Of a stretch of DNA of 64,000 nucleotides, positions 41,628-52,467 are shown in pieces (the first letter of the stretch is position 1; each line of letters begins with the position of its first letter). Below the pieces are notes generated by a model. That model made no database searches and had not been told where the DNA came from. It saw nothing but the letters and a program-made list of their open reading frames with translations. Where the stretch lies: contig CAWCRS010000008.1 of the NCBI GenBank assembly GCA_963798085.1, positions 416,001-480,000 of the forward strand. The letters are read 5' to 3'. The translations under genes and the position numbers were made by a program. The stretch comes from an uncultured Gemmatimonadales bacterium. Lineage in GTDB: Bacteria; Gemmatimonadota; Gemmatimonadetes; Longimicrobiales; RSA9.

Positions 41628-44303
41628 TCATTCGCTGCGCAGCACGCGGATGGGATCGAGGCGCAGTGCGCGCGCCAGCGGCACCAGACAGGCGAGCAGC
41701 GCGCTCAACAGCATGACGCCCGTGACGCCGGCGAAGGTCAACGGGTCGAGCGGGCTGACTTCAAACAGCAGATTGCGCAGCACGCCCGAACCCGCGAGTG
41801 CGGCGGACAGGCCCAGCGCAATGCCGGCCAGCGTCAGCGCCAAACCATGGCGCAACACCAGCAGCGCGATGACGCCGGCGCGTGCACCCAGCGCCCGGCG
41901 TATGCCCAGCTCGCGCACTCGCTCACCGACAGCGCAGGAAAGCGTGCCGTAGAGGCCGATGGCGCCGAGCAGGAGCGCCAGTGTCGCGAACACCTCGAGC
42001 AGCTGCAGCGTGAAGCGCGGTCGCGCCAGCGAGCCGTGCATTACGTCTTCCATGGTCTGGAGGCCGATCACGGGCATGCCGGCATCGAGCGAGCGCACAA
42101 TGTCACGCAATGCGGGCGCGAGCGCGCCCGCGTCGCCGTCGGTACGGGCAACGAACGTCAGACCGCGCGGCGTGTAGCCCAGCGAGCCTGCGGACTGCGC
42201 CAGCGGGACGTACCAGGCGGGGCGCTGGTCGGCGTCCAGCAATGCGTAGCGCACGTCATCCACTACACCAACAACAGTGAGCCACGGCCCGCCGTCGAAA
42301 CCGCTCTCCCGCAGGCGCCGGCCGAGCGGGCTCTGACCCGGCCAGAACATGCGGGCCAGCGTGCGATTCACCAGCGCGACGGGCGCAGCGCTCTGGCGGT
42401 CCGCATCGGTAAACGCGCGTCCCTCCACCACACGGGTGTGCATGGCATCCAGATAGCCCGCCGAGATCGCAATGAGGTCCCCGCTGGAAGCCGGTTCGCC
42501 CGGTGCTCGCGGTGGGCGGCCCTCGACGTCGAAATCCGTATTGCCCGGCCGCCCGTGCAGCGGAAGCGTTGACGTCGCGCCCGCAGCGCGCACGCCGGGC
42601 AGCGCGCGCATGCGTTCGCGCATGGCATCCATGAAAGCGACGACGCGACTCGAGTCCGCGTAGTCCGCGCGCGGCAGCGACAGATCCAGGCTCACCACAC
42701 CGCGCACATCGAACCCGGGTTGCACGGCGGCAAGCGCGAGAAAGCTGCGCAGCACGAGACCGGCGGCGGAGACGAGCGTCATGGCCAGCGCCACCTGCGC
42801 CACCACGAGACCGCTGCGCAGGCGGGCGCGCCCGCCGCCCTGTGTGCTGCTGCGGTCGCCATCGCGCAACGCACGCTGCGGCTCGACGGCGGACGCGCGC
42901 CAGGCGGGCGCGCTGCCGGACAGCAGCGCGGCCAGCAGCGACACGGCGCTCGCGAACAGCACGACGCCGGCATCCACGCGGACGCCCGCGGCACGCGGCA
43001 GGGAACCGCCCGCGCTGGCCAGGATCGCGCCCAGCCCGGCCCGCGCGAAAAGCAGGCCCAGTGCACCGCCCAGCAGCGCGACCAGCAGGCCCTCGGTCAG
43101 GAACTGCTGCACGAGCCGGGCCCGGCCTGCGCCCAGCGCCGTGCGCACGGCTACTTCCCGGGCGCGCGCCGCGCCCCTGGCTAACAGAATGCTTGCGACA
43201 TTGGCGCAGCCGATGAGCAACAGTATGCAGACTGCTCCGAGCAGCACGAAGAGCGCCGGGCGCACCGGGCCCGTGACGTCATCCGTCAGGCTGCTCAGAT
43301 AGAGGAAGTGGCCGGTGTGGATGTTCGGGTACTCGATCTTCCACCGGGCCATGAGCGCGGACATTTCGCGGCTCGCGGAGACCAGCGTGCCCCCCGGCCG
43401 CAGGCGCCCCACAGCGGTGAGGAAGTGCGAGGAGCGGTTGTCGCGCACCGCCGGATCCAGGCCGAGCGTCGCCCACAGCTGCACGTTCTCATCGGGGAAG
43501 GCAAACCCCGCGGGCATCACGCCCACGACCTGCCATGGCTTGCCGTTGATGCGCACCGTACGACCAATGATAGTGGGGTCGGCGCCGAAGGCAGCGCGCC
43601 ACAGCGCGTTGCCGAGAATCGCGACCGGCGCACCGCCCGGCGCATCCTCCTCCACCGTGAAACTGCGACCCAGCTCGGGCGAGACACGCAACACGGCAAA
43701 CAGATTCGCTGTTATCAATGCGGCATGTACGCGAATGGGTTGGCCGTCGTCGCGCACCAGCGTGGCGCCGCTCACCTGACTGGCCGCGACATCCTCCAGC
43801 GAATGGTTCTGCGCGCGATAGTCGAAGTACTCGGGCGGCGAGAGCACGAAGCGCGGAAAATCGAAGCCGCTCTCGGGCAGGAACCGGCCCCACACCGAGA
43901 CCAGACGGTCCGCCTGCGGGTAAGGGAGTGGCGCGAGCAGCACGCCCTTCACCACGCTGAACAATGCCACCGTCGCGCCCACGCCGAGCGCCAGGGTGAG
44001 CACAGCAACCAGCGACAGGCCCGGTGTGCGTCGCAGCACGCGCAGCCCGTGACCCACATCGCGCACGAAGTCCTCAATGCGGCGGGTGCCACGGGCATCA
44101 CGCGTCTCCTCGCGAAACCGGTCGGCCGCGCCGAACGCGTGTGCCGCCTCGGCCCTCGCCTGCGCCGGCGTCATGCCCGCACCCACGTTCTCCGCGACCT
44201 GCGACTCCATGTGGAAACGCAGCTCGTCTTCCATTTCGCGCTCCACGCGACGCCGCAGCAGCAGCGAGCGCAGCACTTCCCACCAGCCCTGCAGCCGCGA
44301 CAT
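41628..44303 (-). CDS. ADOP-family duplicated ABC permease with permease-prefix domain
   Basis: RRVEREMEDELRFH...GMTPAQARAEA..AFG; LLIGCANVA; VRELGIRRALGA; DPIRVLRSE. Confidence 0.92.
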   Translation of the reverse strand: MSRLQGWWEVLRSLLLRRRVEREMEDELRFHMESQVAENVGAGMTPAQARAEAAHAFGAADRFREETRDARGTRRIEDFVRDVGHGLRVLRRTPGLSLVAVLTLALGVGATVALFSVVKGVLLAPLPYPQADRLVSVWGRFLPESGFDFPRFVLSPPEYFDYRAQNHSLEDVAASQVSGATLVRDDGQPIRVHAALITANLFAVLRVSPELGRSFTVEEDAPGGAPVAILGNALWRAAFGADPTIIGRTVRINGKPWQVVGVMPAGFAFPDENVQLWATLGLDPAVRDNRSSHFLTAVGRLRPGGTLVSASREMSALMARWKIEYPNIHTGHFLYLSSLTDDVTGPVRPALFVLLGAVCILLLIGCANVASILLARGAARAREVAVRTALGAGRARLVQQFLTEGLLVALLGGALGLLFARAGLGAILASAGGSLPRAAGVRVDAGVVLFASAVSLLAALLSGSAPAWRASAVEPQRALRDGDRSSTQGGGRARLRSGLVVAQVALAMTLVSAAGLVLRSFLALAAVQPGFDVRGVVSLDLSLPRADYADSSRVVAFMDAMRERMRALPGVRAAGATSTLPLHGRPGNTDFDVEGRPPRAPGEPASSGDLIAISAGYLDAMHTRVVEGRAFTDADRQSAAPVALVNRTLARMFWPGQSPLGRRLRESGFDGGPWLTVVGVVDDVRYALLDADQRPAWYVPLAQSAGSLGYTPRGLTFVARTDGDAGALAPALRDIVRSLDAGMPVIGLQTMEDVMHGSLARPRFTLQLLEVFATLALLLGAIGLYGTLSCAVGERVRELGIRRALGARAGVIALLVLRHGLALTLAGIALGLSAALAGSGVLRNLLFEVSPLDPLTFAGVTGVMLLSALLACLVPLARALRLDPIRVLRSE

Positions 44304-44305
44304 GC

Positions 44306-44653
44306 TCAGCCCTCCTGTGCGGAGAAGTGCAGAATGCGGTTCACCGCGCCCGCCGCGTTCTCCCACGCCGCGGATTCCGCCGCCAGCTGCTTGCGCCCGG
44401 ACGCAGTCAGCTCGTAGTAGCGCGCCCGCCGGTTGTTCGCCGTCACCCGCCACTGCGAGCGGATCCAGCCTTTCCGCTTCATGCGCTGCAGCGCCGGATA
44501 CAGCGAACCCTGGTTCACATCGAACACGCCCTGCGAGAGGTCGCGGATGCGCTGGGCAATGCCCCAGCCGTGCATCGGCTCCAGCGTCAGCGTCTTCAGC
44601 ACCAGCATTTCCAGCGTGCCCTGGAGCAATTCGGCGGGCGACGGCTCGGCCAT
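44306..44653 (-). CDS. PadR-family regulator (acidobacterial ADOP-associated type)
   Basis: ELLQGTLEMLVLKTL, MHGWGIAQRI, VNQGSLYPAL, NNRRARYYELT. Confidence 0.93.
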   Translation of the reverse strand: MAEPSPAELLQGTLEMLVLKTLTLEPMHGWGIAQRIRDLSQGVFDVNQGSLYPALQRMKRKGWIRSQWRVTANNRRARYYELTASGRKQLAAESAAWENAAGAVNRILHFSAQEG

Positions 44654-44670
44654 GGTCGGCGGGCTCCTGT

Positions 44671-44724
44671 TCCTGTTGGCGGTCGACAGAAATATGGGGC
44701 CACGAGTGTAGACCGTCAACAGGA
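44671..44724. promoter_or_regulatory. Pair of inverted operator-like boxes upstream of padR
   Basis: TCCTGTTGGCGGTCGACA (44671-44688) and TGTAGACCGTCAACAGGA (44707-44724) are reverse complements with 2 mismatches; each is itself quasi-palindromic (TGTnGR-N3-TCnACA). Confidence 0.6.
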
Positions 44725-44889
44725 GCGGGACGGCGCGGAGCGCACGCCGGGGCGGGCAGGCTTGACGCGCGCGCCCGGGGCGCTCGATTGTTGGGCCGGA
44801 GAAGGAACGCGAAACCCGTTCGCGGCCCCCGCCATCCAATGTTTTCGGGCGCTGTCGTGATGGACGGGACCACGGGACCAGGAGGCAAC

Positions 44890-47661
44890 ATGAGAGGCTC
44901 GCGGCTGCGGCGCAGTGGGCTGCTGACCCTGCTGTTCTGCCTGTACGCGGCTGCGCCGGCGCGGGCGCAGCAGAAGCCGGCGGTCACGCCGGAAGATTAC
45001 GGCAAGTTCGAGAACCTCGGCTTCGGCGGCGGCCTGTCGCCGGATGGCAAATGGCTGGCGGTTCCCATCGCGCGGGTGAACGACGAGAACGAGCTGCGCA
45101 TCCACCAGGTGGCGAGCGATTCCGTGGTCATCGTGCCCAACGGCCAGCAGGTGGCGTTTTCGCGCGATGGCCGCTGGGCGGCGTGGATCATCGGCCACTC
45201 CGGGAAGGAGCTGCAGGCAGCGGAGAAGACGCACCAGACGCTGCACGCGAAGCTGGGGCTCATGAACCTGGCGACGGGCCAGCTGGAGATGGTGAACGAG
45301 ATCGCCAGCTTCAGCTTCAGCGGGGACGGCCGGTTCCTGGCCATGCGCGGCTACATGGGGAAGGACCAGAAGAACAAGGGCGTGGACCTGATCGTGCGTG
45401 ACCTGGCGACCGGTACTAACACATCGTTTGGTGACGCCGACGAATACGGCTGGCAGGATCAGGGGCATCAGCTGGCGTTCACCATCGATGCCGGGACGCG
45501 GGCGGGCAACGGCGTCAAGCTGTACGACCCGTCCAGCGGCGTGCTGCGCAGCCTGGATTCCGACACGGCCGGTTACAGCAGCCTGACGTGGCGTCCGAAG
45601 TCGGCAGACCTGGCCGTACTGCGGGTGCACAACGACAGCACGCGCCAGGATCCCGGGTACGTGGTGCTGGCCTGGACCGGCCTGGGCAGCCCGAAGCCCG
45701 CCGCGTACACCATGGATCCGGCGCGCCAGGCCGGCTTCCCGCCCGACATGCGTGTGGTCGACTATCGCGGCCTGGACTGGGCGAAGGATGGCAACACACT
45801 GTTATTCGGGATCAAGGAATGGCTGCCGAAGGAGAAGCCGGATTCCGCCTCGAAGAACGAGGACAGCGACAAGCCGGGCGTGGAGATCTGGCACGCGAAA
45901 GACGTCGACATCATGCCCGAGCAGAAGCTGAGCGCCACGCGCGACCGGCAGCGCAACTTCCTGTCGGCGTGGCACCCGCAGAGCGGTCGCTTCGTGCAGG
46001 TCGCCAACGACCTGACCGAAGATGCGACACCGGCGCGTGCGGGGGACCGGGCCCTGGCCATGGACGCGACGCCCTACGAGCGCGAGAAAATGTTCGCGCC
46101 CGACTATCGCGATCTCTACGTGGTCGACATGAACACGGGCGAGCGCACGGAAGTGAAGAAGCGCGTGCAGTTTCCCATGGGCATCTCGCCCAGCGGCCGT
46201 TATCTGCTGTACCTGGACCAGGGCGCGTACCAGGTCTATGACGCCGTGAAGAAGACGACGACGAACATCACGGGCAGCATCAGGACCTCGTTCGTGAATA
46301 CGGACGATGATCACACGGTCAGCGAGAAACCGCCGTATGGCACGGGCGGCTGGACGACGGGCGAGGCGGGCGTGCTGCTGTACGACAAGTTCGACATCTG
46401 GGAGGTCTCGCCCGACGGGTCGAAAGCTACCCGCCTGACGGATGGCGCGGCGGACCAGGTGCGCTCGCGCATGGTCTATCTCGATCTCGATGAGGACTAT
46501 CGTGATCTGTCGAAGCCCAACTACGTGGCGCTGTACGGAGAACGTACCAAGAAGTTCGGCTACGGCACCGTGCAGCGCGGCAAGCCGGAGCAGCGGCTGG
46601 TGTACGTGGATCACAATGTGAGCCGTCTGGCGAAGGCCAAGGATGCGCCGGTGTTCGCATACACCATCATGGACTTCGACGACTCGCCCGACTTCTTCGT
46701 GGGCAGCCCGGCACTGACGGACGCCCACCAGGTCACGCACACGAACGTGTTCCAGGCGGATTACGCCTGGGGTCATGCGCAGCTCGTCGACTTCAACAAT
46801 GCCGAGGGCAAGCCGCTGCAGGCGTCGCTCTATTATCCGGCGAACTACGACCCCGCGAAGAAGTACCCGATGATCGTGTACATCTACGAGATCACGTCCA
46901 ACACCGTACACAACTGGACCGCGCCATCGGAACGCAATCCTTACGATCCATCGGTGTGGACGGCGGAAGGCTACTTCGTGCTGCAGCCGGATATCGTGTA
47001 CCGCGACCGCAATCCCGGTCTCTCCGCGGTGGACTGCATTCTGCCCGCAGTGGACCGGATCGCGTCCATGGGCCTCATCGATCCGAAGAAGGTGGGCCTC
47101 GTGGGCCACTCGTGGGGTGGCTATCAGACCGCGTTCGTGGGCACCGTAACAGACAAGTTCGCAGCCGCCGTGGCCGGCGCACCGCTCACCGAGCTGGCCA
47201 GCATGTACCTGTCGATCTACTGGAACTCGGGCGGCACCAATGCCCGCATCTTCGAGATCAGTCAGGGCCGCATGGAGGTTCCGCCCTGGCAGGACCCCAC
47301 GGACTACATGAAGAATTCGGCGGTGTGGAACATTGAGAAGATGACCACGCCCATGCTGGTGACGTTCGGCGACAAGGATGGCGCCGTGGACTGGCACCAG
47401 GGCATCGAGATGTACAATGCCGCGCGCCGCGCCGACAAGGAACTCGTGCTGCTCGTGTACGAGGGCGAAAACCATGGCCTGGCGAAGAAAGCCAATCAGA
47501 TCGACTATCACCGCCGCGTGATGGCCTGGTTCAATCACTACCTGCGTGGTGATCCCGCGCCCGACTGGATGACGAAGGGCGTGAAGTTCCTCGACAGGGA
47601 CAAGGAGATCAAGCGCGCGATTACCACGAAGCCCATCAGTGATGGGAGCCGCCACAACTGA
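44890..47661 (+). CDS. Exported S9 prolyl oligopeptidase/dipeptidyl aminopeptidase
   Basis: GGAGG RBS; propeller repeats (SPDGKWL); GHSWGGY nucleophile, GDKDGAV, GENHGL. Confidence 0.92.
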   Translation: MRGSRLRRSGLLTLLFCLYAAAPARAQQKPAVTPEDYGKFENLGFGGGLSPDGKWLAVPIARVNDENELRIHQVASDSVVIVPNGQQVAFSRDGRWAAWIIGHSGKELQAAEKTHQTLHAKLGLMNLATGQLEMVNEIASFSFSGDGRFLAMRGYMGKDQKNKGVDLIVRDLATGTNTSFGDADEYGWQDQGHQLAFTIDAGTRAGNGVKLYDPSSGVLRSLDSDTAGYSSLTWRPKSADLAVLRVHNDSTRQDPGYVVLAWTGLGSPKPAAYTMDPARQAGFPPDMRVVDYRGLDWAKDGNTLLFGIKEWLPKEKPDSASKNEDSDKPGVEIWHAKDVDIMPEQKLSATRDRQRNFLSAWHPQSGRFVQVANDLTEDATPARAGDRALAMDATPYEREKMFAPDYRDLYVVDMNTGERTEVKKRVQFPMGISPSGRYLLYLDQGAYQVYDAVKKTTTNITGSIRTSFVNTDDDHTVSEKPPYGTGGWTTGEAGVLLYDKFDIWEVSPDGSKATRLTDGAADQVRSRMVYLDLDEDYRDLSKPNYVALYGERTKKFGYGTVQRGKPEQRLVYVDHNVSRLAKAKDAPVFAYTIMDFDDSPDFFVGSPALTDAHQVTHTNVFQADYAWGHAQLVDFNNAEGKPLQASLYYPANYDPAKKYPMIVYIYEITSNTVHNWTAPSERNPYDPSVWTAEGYFVLQPDIVYRDRNPGLSAVDCILPAVDRIASMGLIDPKKVGLVGHSWGGYQTAFVGTVTDKFAAAVAGAPLTELASMYLSIYWNSGGTNARIFEISQGRMEVPPWQDPTDYMKNSAVWNIEKMTTPMLVTFGDKDGAVDWHQGIEMYNAARRADKELVLLVYEGENHGLAKKANQIDYHRRVMAWFNHYLRGDPAPDWMTKGVKFLDRDKEIKRAITTKPISDGSRHN

Positions 47662-47688
47662 TTTCCGGCGACGCTTCTCTTTCCAGTG

Positions 47689-47726
47689 CCGGCGCGGTGG
47701 GAGCCTGTCTGCCGCGCCGGTTTTTT
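47689..47726 (+). terminator. Rho-independent terminator
   Basis: CCGGCGCGGTGG...CTGCCGCGCCGG stem followed by TTTTTT, just after the S9 peptidase stop. Confidence 0.8.
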
Positions 47727-47896
47727 CGTTCTGACATGTTGACGACACAAACGGAACGCAGCCGTCAGGCGTCCTGTATCTCGGTCGCAGGGGCAACTGC
47801 GCTCGCCTTGCACAAGCAGGGCCCGCGCCGCGTGGGCGCGATCGTTTGCTGCCGCACGCGATGGAGTCGAGCACCATCCATGCAATCGGAGGACGG

Positions 47897-49418
47897 GTGA
47901 AGCAGGGGACGCCAACGCTGCGCGGGCGTGCCATGCCGGCATTGCTGGCGGCGCTGTTCACGCTGCCCGGATACGCAGCGCCGGCGGGTACGACGCAACC
48001 GGTGCGCGCGTACACGTTCCATCACGAGAACGTGCTGGGCACATCGCTCGAGCTGACGTTCGTCAGTGCATCGGCGGACGCCGCTGTCCGGGCGGAGTCG
48101 GTGGCGCTCGCGGAGATCGAGCGTGTGCGGCGCGTGATCAGCACGTGGGACAGCACCAGCGAGGCCTCACGCCTGATCGCGACAGGTCATCTGGACCCTG
48201 CCTCACCCGAGCTGCTCGACGTGCTCCGTCTGTATGACGCGTGGCAGGCGCGCAGCGGCGGCGCCTGGTCGGCGCGGGTGGGCGAGCTGACGGCACTGTG
48301 GCGTCAGGCCGAGCGCGCGGGCCGCGCGCCATCCCCAAACACTCTGCTAGACAGGGCAGCGGCCAGCGCCGGCCCGGCCTGGCGCATCGACCCGCGCACG
48401 GGCGGGGTCACGGCGCTCACCCGCCACGCGCTCGACCTCAACTCGCTGGGCAAGGGTTACATACTGGGCCGCGCCGAGGCCGCGGTCCGTGCGGCCGTGC
48501 CCGGGGTGCGCGGTGGCCTGCTCGACATTGGCGGCGATGTCCGCACCTGGGGTGATGCGCCCGCCGGCGCTGCCGGGGCATGGCGAGTCGCGGTCGCCAA
48601 CCCGCAGGATCCCGCCGACAATGCCGCGCCGCTCACACTGCTGCGCGTGCACGATGCCGCGGTGTCCAGCAGCGGCAGCTACGCGCGCGGCTTCGACATC
48701 GCTGGCCATCACTACTCGCATATCATCGATGCGCGTACCGGTCAGACCGCGGAAGGCAACAGCGGCGTTACCGTGATCGCAGCCGACAATGCCACGGCGA
48801 ATGCGCTGGCCACCACACTTTCCGTGCTCTCTCCCGCGGAAGGCCTGCGCCTGGTCGCCAGCGAGCCGGGCGCGGAAGCGCTGATCATCACGGGTCAGGG
48901 CGAACAGTATCGGTCGCCGGGTTTCGCGGCGTACGAGTCGCCGCCTGCGCAGCAGTCCGCAGCCCGCGACCCCGGGCCGGGCAGCGTCACCGCGGGTGAT
49001 GGAGATCAATGTGACGCCCGGCAGCTGGAACCGGCACCGCCCCTACGTCGCCGCCTGGGTGACGGACACGACGGGCCAGCACGTGCGCACGCTCGCATTC
49101 TGGGGCAACCGACCCAAGTACCAGCGTGAGCTGAGCCGCTGGTGGTCCCTGGCCGCCGGGGACTACGAGCTGATCAATGCGGTGACCCGCGCCACGCGCC
49201 CGGCGGGCAGGTACACGCTCGAGTGGGACGGCCTGGATCAGCAGGGCAAGGCTGTGCCGCCCGGACCGTACATGTTCTGGCTGGAAGCGGCGTACGAGAA
49301 TGGCCCGCACAGCTACAAGTCGGTCACAGTGAGCTGTGCCGCCATGGCGGGCAGCGGCAGCATCGACGCGGCGGCCGCCTTCACGGGCGCCCAGGTGCAC
49401 TGCGGAACGGGGAGTTAG
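47897..49418 (+). CDS. apbE: FAD:protein FMN transferase (ApbE) probably fused to DUF2271, frameshifted near 48995
   Basis: ENVLGTS, LDLNSLGKGYI, LDIGGDV, AVSSSGSYARG, SHIIDARTG. The DUF2271 part (RPYVAAWV, NAVTRATRPAG, WDGLDQQGK) is in the next frame (48996..49418). Confidence 0.8.
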
Positions 49419-49427
49419 GCGCCCGCG

Positions 49428-50011
49428 ATGCATCGTCCCTACAGTCACGTCGTCAAATGGAGCCGGACCGTACACATCTACGTGACCATGTACGCGTTCG
49501 TGCTCATGATGTTCTTCGCGTTCACAGGCTTCGTGCTGAACCATGAGGACTGGTTCACCCGCCACGAAGCAGCTCCCGTGGAAACGACCGTCACGATTCC
49601 GGCGCCGCTGCTGGCTGCGCCGGACAGGCTGGGGATCGTCGAGCTGCTGCGCGCCGACTACGGCGCGGTGGGCGCGGTGTCGACGTTCGACGTCGAGCCG
49701 GACGCGCTGCACATGGAATGGCCGGGCCGGGCAGGCACACGGACGTCGAGATCGAGCGCGCCAGCGGCGAGGCACGCATCACAGTCGAGCGCCGCGGCTG
49801 GCTCGTGCGCCTGGACGACCTGCATCGCGGCAAGAACAGTGGCAGGGGCTGGAGCTGGCTGATCGACATTTCCGCCATTGCCCTGTTCGCCGGCTCGCTC
49901 ACCGGCATCCTCATGTGGATCGGCCTGCCGCGGCGGCGCACGCTCGGCATCATTGCCCTGGCCGTCAGCATCGCCAGCTGCCTCGGGCTGTACTGGCTGT
50001 TCGTGCCCTGA
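49428..50011 (+). CDS. PepSY-associated TM helix protein, frameshifted near 49722
   Basis: SRTVHIYVTM..FFAFTGFVLNHEDWF, then in another frame LDDLHRGKNSGRGWSWLIDISAI. Confidence 0.8.
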
Positions 50012-50206
50012 CCACAAGTCAGGCGAGCGCGCCCGAACGGCTCGGCGTCGCTGCCGCCGCGCCCAGCGGCTGATCCGCCCCGTCGCCTGATCCCCCGCCG
50101 GTTGCGTTCCGTCCCGGCCGCGCTTGCCGCGCCCCGCATTACGCCGTTAGGCTGGCGCAGCGCCGAACGCGCCGGCGTCCGATCCCAGCTGCCCCGCGAG
50201 GAACGC

Positions 50207-52045
50207 ATGAAACAGCGAGTTGCGTTGTCGACACTCAGCTTGCTGGCGGCGACCGCGCTGCCCTGCGCGGCGAGGCGCGGGCCGGAGCACACTCGCCTGG
50301 CGAACGACGCACCCGCGGTGAGTGACGTCGCCTACGAGATCACATTCAATGCGGCGCTGGCCAGGGCGCGCATGGTGCACATCGCCATGTCGTTCACGGT
50401 GTCGGCGGCCGGTGAGGTCGGGCTGTCGCTGCCCGCGTGGACGCCGGGCGCGTACGAGATCAGCAACTTCGCGCGCAATGTCACGGCCTTCGCGGCCAAT
50501 GCGGCGGACAAGCCGCTGCGCTGGGACAAGCTCGACTTCGACACGTGGCGGGTGTGGCCCACGGCTGCGGGGCGCGTGCGCGTCAGCTTCGATTTCATGG
50601 CGGACTCGCTGGACAACGCCATGGCCTGGACGCGACCCGATTTCCTGCTGCTCAACGGCACGAACGTGTTCCTGTATCCGGAAGGCGGCACGTTCGAGTT
50701 TCCGGCCACGGTCACCGTGCGGACCGAGACCGGCTGGCACATAGCCACCAGCATGCACGCGCAGGGCGCGAACACCTTTCACGAGGCGAACTACCACGAT
50801 CTCGTGGACATGCCCTGGTTCATCGGCAACTTCGACCTGGACAGCATGCAGGTGGACGGACACTGGAGCCGGCTGGCCACGTATCCCGCCGGTGCGCTGG
50901 AGGGCGCGGCCCGCGACGAGTTCCGCGGGCAGATCGCGAAAATGACGCCGGCGCAGGCTGCGGTGTTCGGTGAGACCCCGTGGGACGTCTACAGCACCAT
51001 GATCATCTTCGACCCGAGCTACGGCGGGGGCAGTGCGCTGGAGCACCAGAGCTCGCACGTGGGCGTCTACAACCCCGGCTTCATCGGTAACCTCGTGTTA
51101 CCGCTGATCACGGCGCACGAGCAGTTCCACGCCTGGAACGTGAAGCGGCTGCGCCCGGCCGACATGTGGCCCTACCACTACAGCGCGCCGCAGCCCACGC
51201 CCTGGCTGTGGGTGAGCGAGGGGATAACCGACTATTACGCCGATCTCACAATGGTGCGCTCGGGCGTGGCGCCCGAGCCTGCCTTCTACGCCGTGACCTC
51301 GAGCAAGATCGGCTCGGTCGATCAGACGCCCGCCGTGGCGCTGGAAGACGCCTCGCTCAACGCCTGGATCCATCCGCGCGATGGCACGGACGCCATCTAC
51401 TACGCCAAGGGTTCGCTGGCCGGACTGCTGCTCGACATCCAGATCCGGGACGGCAGCGACAACCGCCACTCGCTGGACGACGTGCTGCGCGAGCTGTACC
51501 GATCGGATTACCGCAACGGCAGGGGCTTCACGGGCGACGACTGGTGGTCCGCCGTCGCGCGCGCCGCCGGCGGCCGTTCCTTCGCCGACTTCTACAGCCG
51601 CTACGTGGACGGGCGGGAACCGTTTCCATGGGCGGAAACACTACCCCTCGCCGGTATGATGCTGGTCGCGGACAGCGCGTGGCAGCCGCGCATTGGCGTG
51701 CAGATCGCCGAAGACTCGAGTGGCGTGCGCGTCAATGCCGTGACGCCCGGCAGCATGGCGGAGAAGGCAGGCGTGCAGCCCGGCGACTATCTCATCTCGA
51801 TCGGCGACATCGTGGTGAAGGATGTGTCCTTCGGCGACGCCTATCGCCGGCGCTACGACAGCGCGCAGGAAGGCACCGTGCTGCCCATCATGGTGCGGCG
51901 CGACGGCGGCGCGCTGACGCTCAACGGGCCGCTGCACCTGGAGCTGCAGGTCGAACGTCATGTGGAGCCGGATCCCTCGGCGGGCGCGAAGGCAGCGCGC
52001 ATCCGCGCTGGCATCATCCACGGCCACACCAATGGGGCGCGGTAA
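50207..52045 (+). CDS. M61 glycyl aminopeptidase with PDZ domain
   Basis: LPAWTPGAY, ALEH, AHEQFHAWNVKRLRP, LWVSEGITDYY, YYAKG; C-terminal PDZ (VTPGSMAEKAGVQPGD). Confidence 0.92.
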   Translation: MKQRVALSTLSLLAATALPCAARRGPEHTRLANDAPAVSDVAYEITFNAALARARMVHIAMSFTVSAAGEVGLSLPAWTPGAYEISNFARNVTAFAANAADKPLRWDKLDFDTWRVWPTAAGRVRVSFDFMADSLDNAMAWTRPDFLLLNGTNVFLYPEGGTFEFPATVTVRTETGWHIATSMHAQGANTFHEANYHDLVDMPWFIGNFDLDSMQVDGHWSRLATYPAGALEGAARDEFRGQIAKMTPAQAAVFGETPWDVYSTMIIFDPSYGGGSALEHQSSHVGVYNPGFIGNLVLPLITAHEQFHAWNVKRLRPADMWPYHYSAPQPTPWLWVSEGITDYYADLTMVRSGVAPEPAFYAVTSSKIGSVDQTPAVALEDASLNAWIHPRDGTDAIYYAKGSLAGLLLDIQIRDGSDNRHSLDDVLRELYRSDYRNGRGFTGDDWWSAVARAAGGRSFADFYSRYVDGREPFPWAETLPLAGMMLVADSAWQPRIGVQIAEDSSGVRVNAVTPGSMAEKAGVQPGDYLISIGDIVVKDVSFGDAYRRRYDSAQEGTVLPIMVRRDGGALTLNGPLHLELQVERHVEPDPSAGAKAARIRAGIIHGHTNGAR

Positions 52046-52083
52046 CGGCTCGCTAACGAGGAGTCAGGCGCGGCACCGGACTC

Positions 52084-52467
52084 CTAGGGTTTGAAGTCCT
52101 GATAGGCGCTGCGGCCGTCCGCCAGGTGGATGGTGACGCGGTACTGCACGCCGGCCGTGAGCACGCGCTCGGCGGAGGCGGTTTCCAGCGCGCCGGAAGG
52201 CACCACGCCCTGCGTCACGGGGGACTGGATGTTCTGATTGTTGGGGTCGGCCACGCGCCACACCACGACCGTCTCGTTCGACGTGCGCACCACATCCACC
52301 GAAAATGCCGCACCCGTGGTCCAGGTGTAGTTCGGCTGCATGCTGCCACCCACGGTGATCGAGAAGTCGCCACCCGAGCCATTGAGCGCATCCATCAGAT
52401 CCGTGCACGCGGTGAGCAGCAGTGCGGGCAGCACGACGAGACACAACACACGCGGCAGCGAGCGCAT
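52084..52467 (-). CDS. Hypothetical lipoprotein
   Basis: Lipobox LLTAC after a hydrophobic leader; GGAGG RBS. Confidence 0.65.
   Translation of the reverse strand: MRSLPRVLCLVVLPALLLTACTDLMDALNGSGGDFSITVGGSMQPNYTWTTGAAFSVDVVRTSNETVVVWRVADPNNQNIQSPVTQGVVPSGALETASAERVLTAGVQYRVTIHLADGRSAYQDFKP

Noticed and set aside
45802..48015. Long antisense or alternative-frame ORFs (e.g. 45802..48015 -, 26287..28251 -, 6996..8861 -, 295..1512 +)
   Set aside because: Shadow ORFs of well-supported genes, expected in GC-rich DNA; no recognisable motifs.
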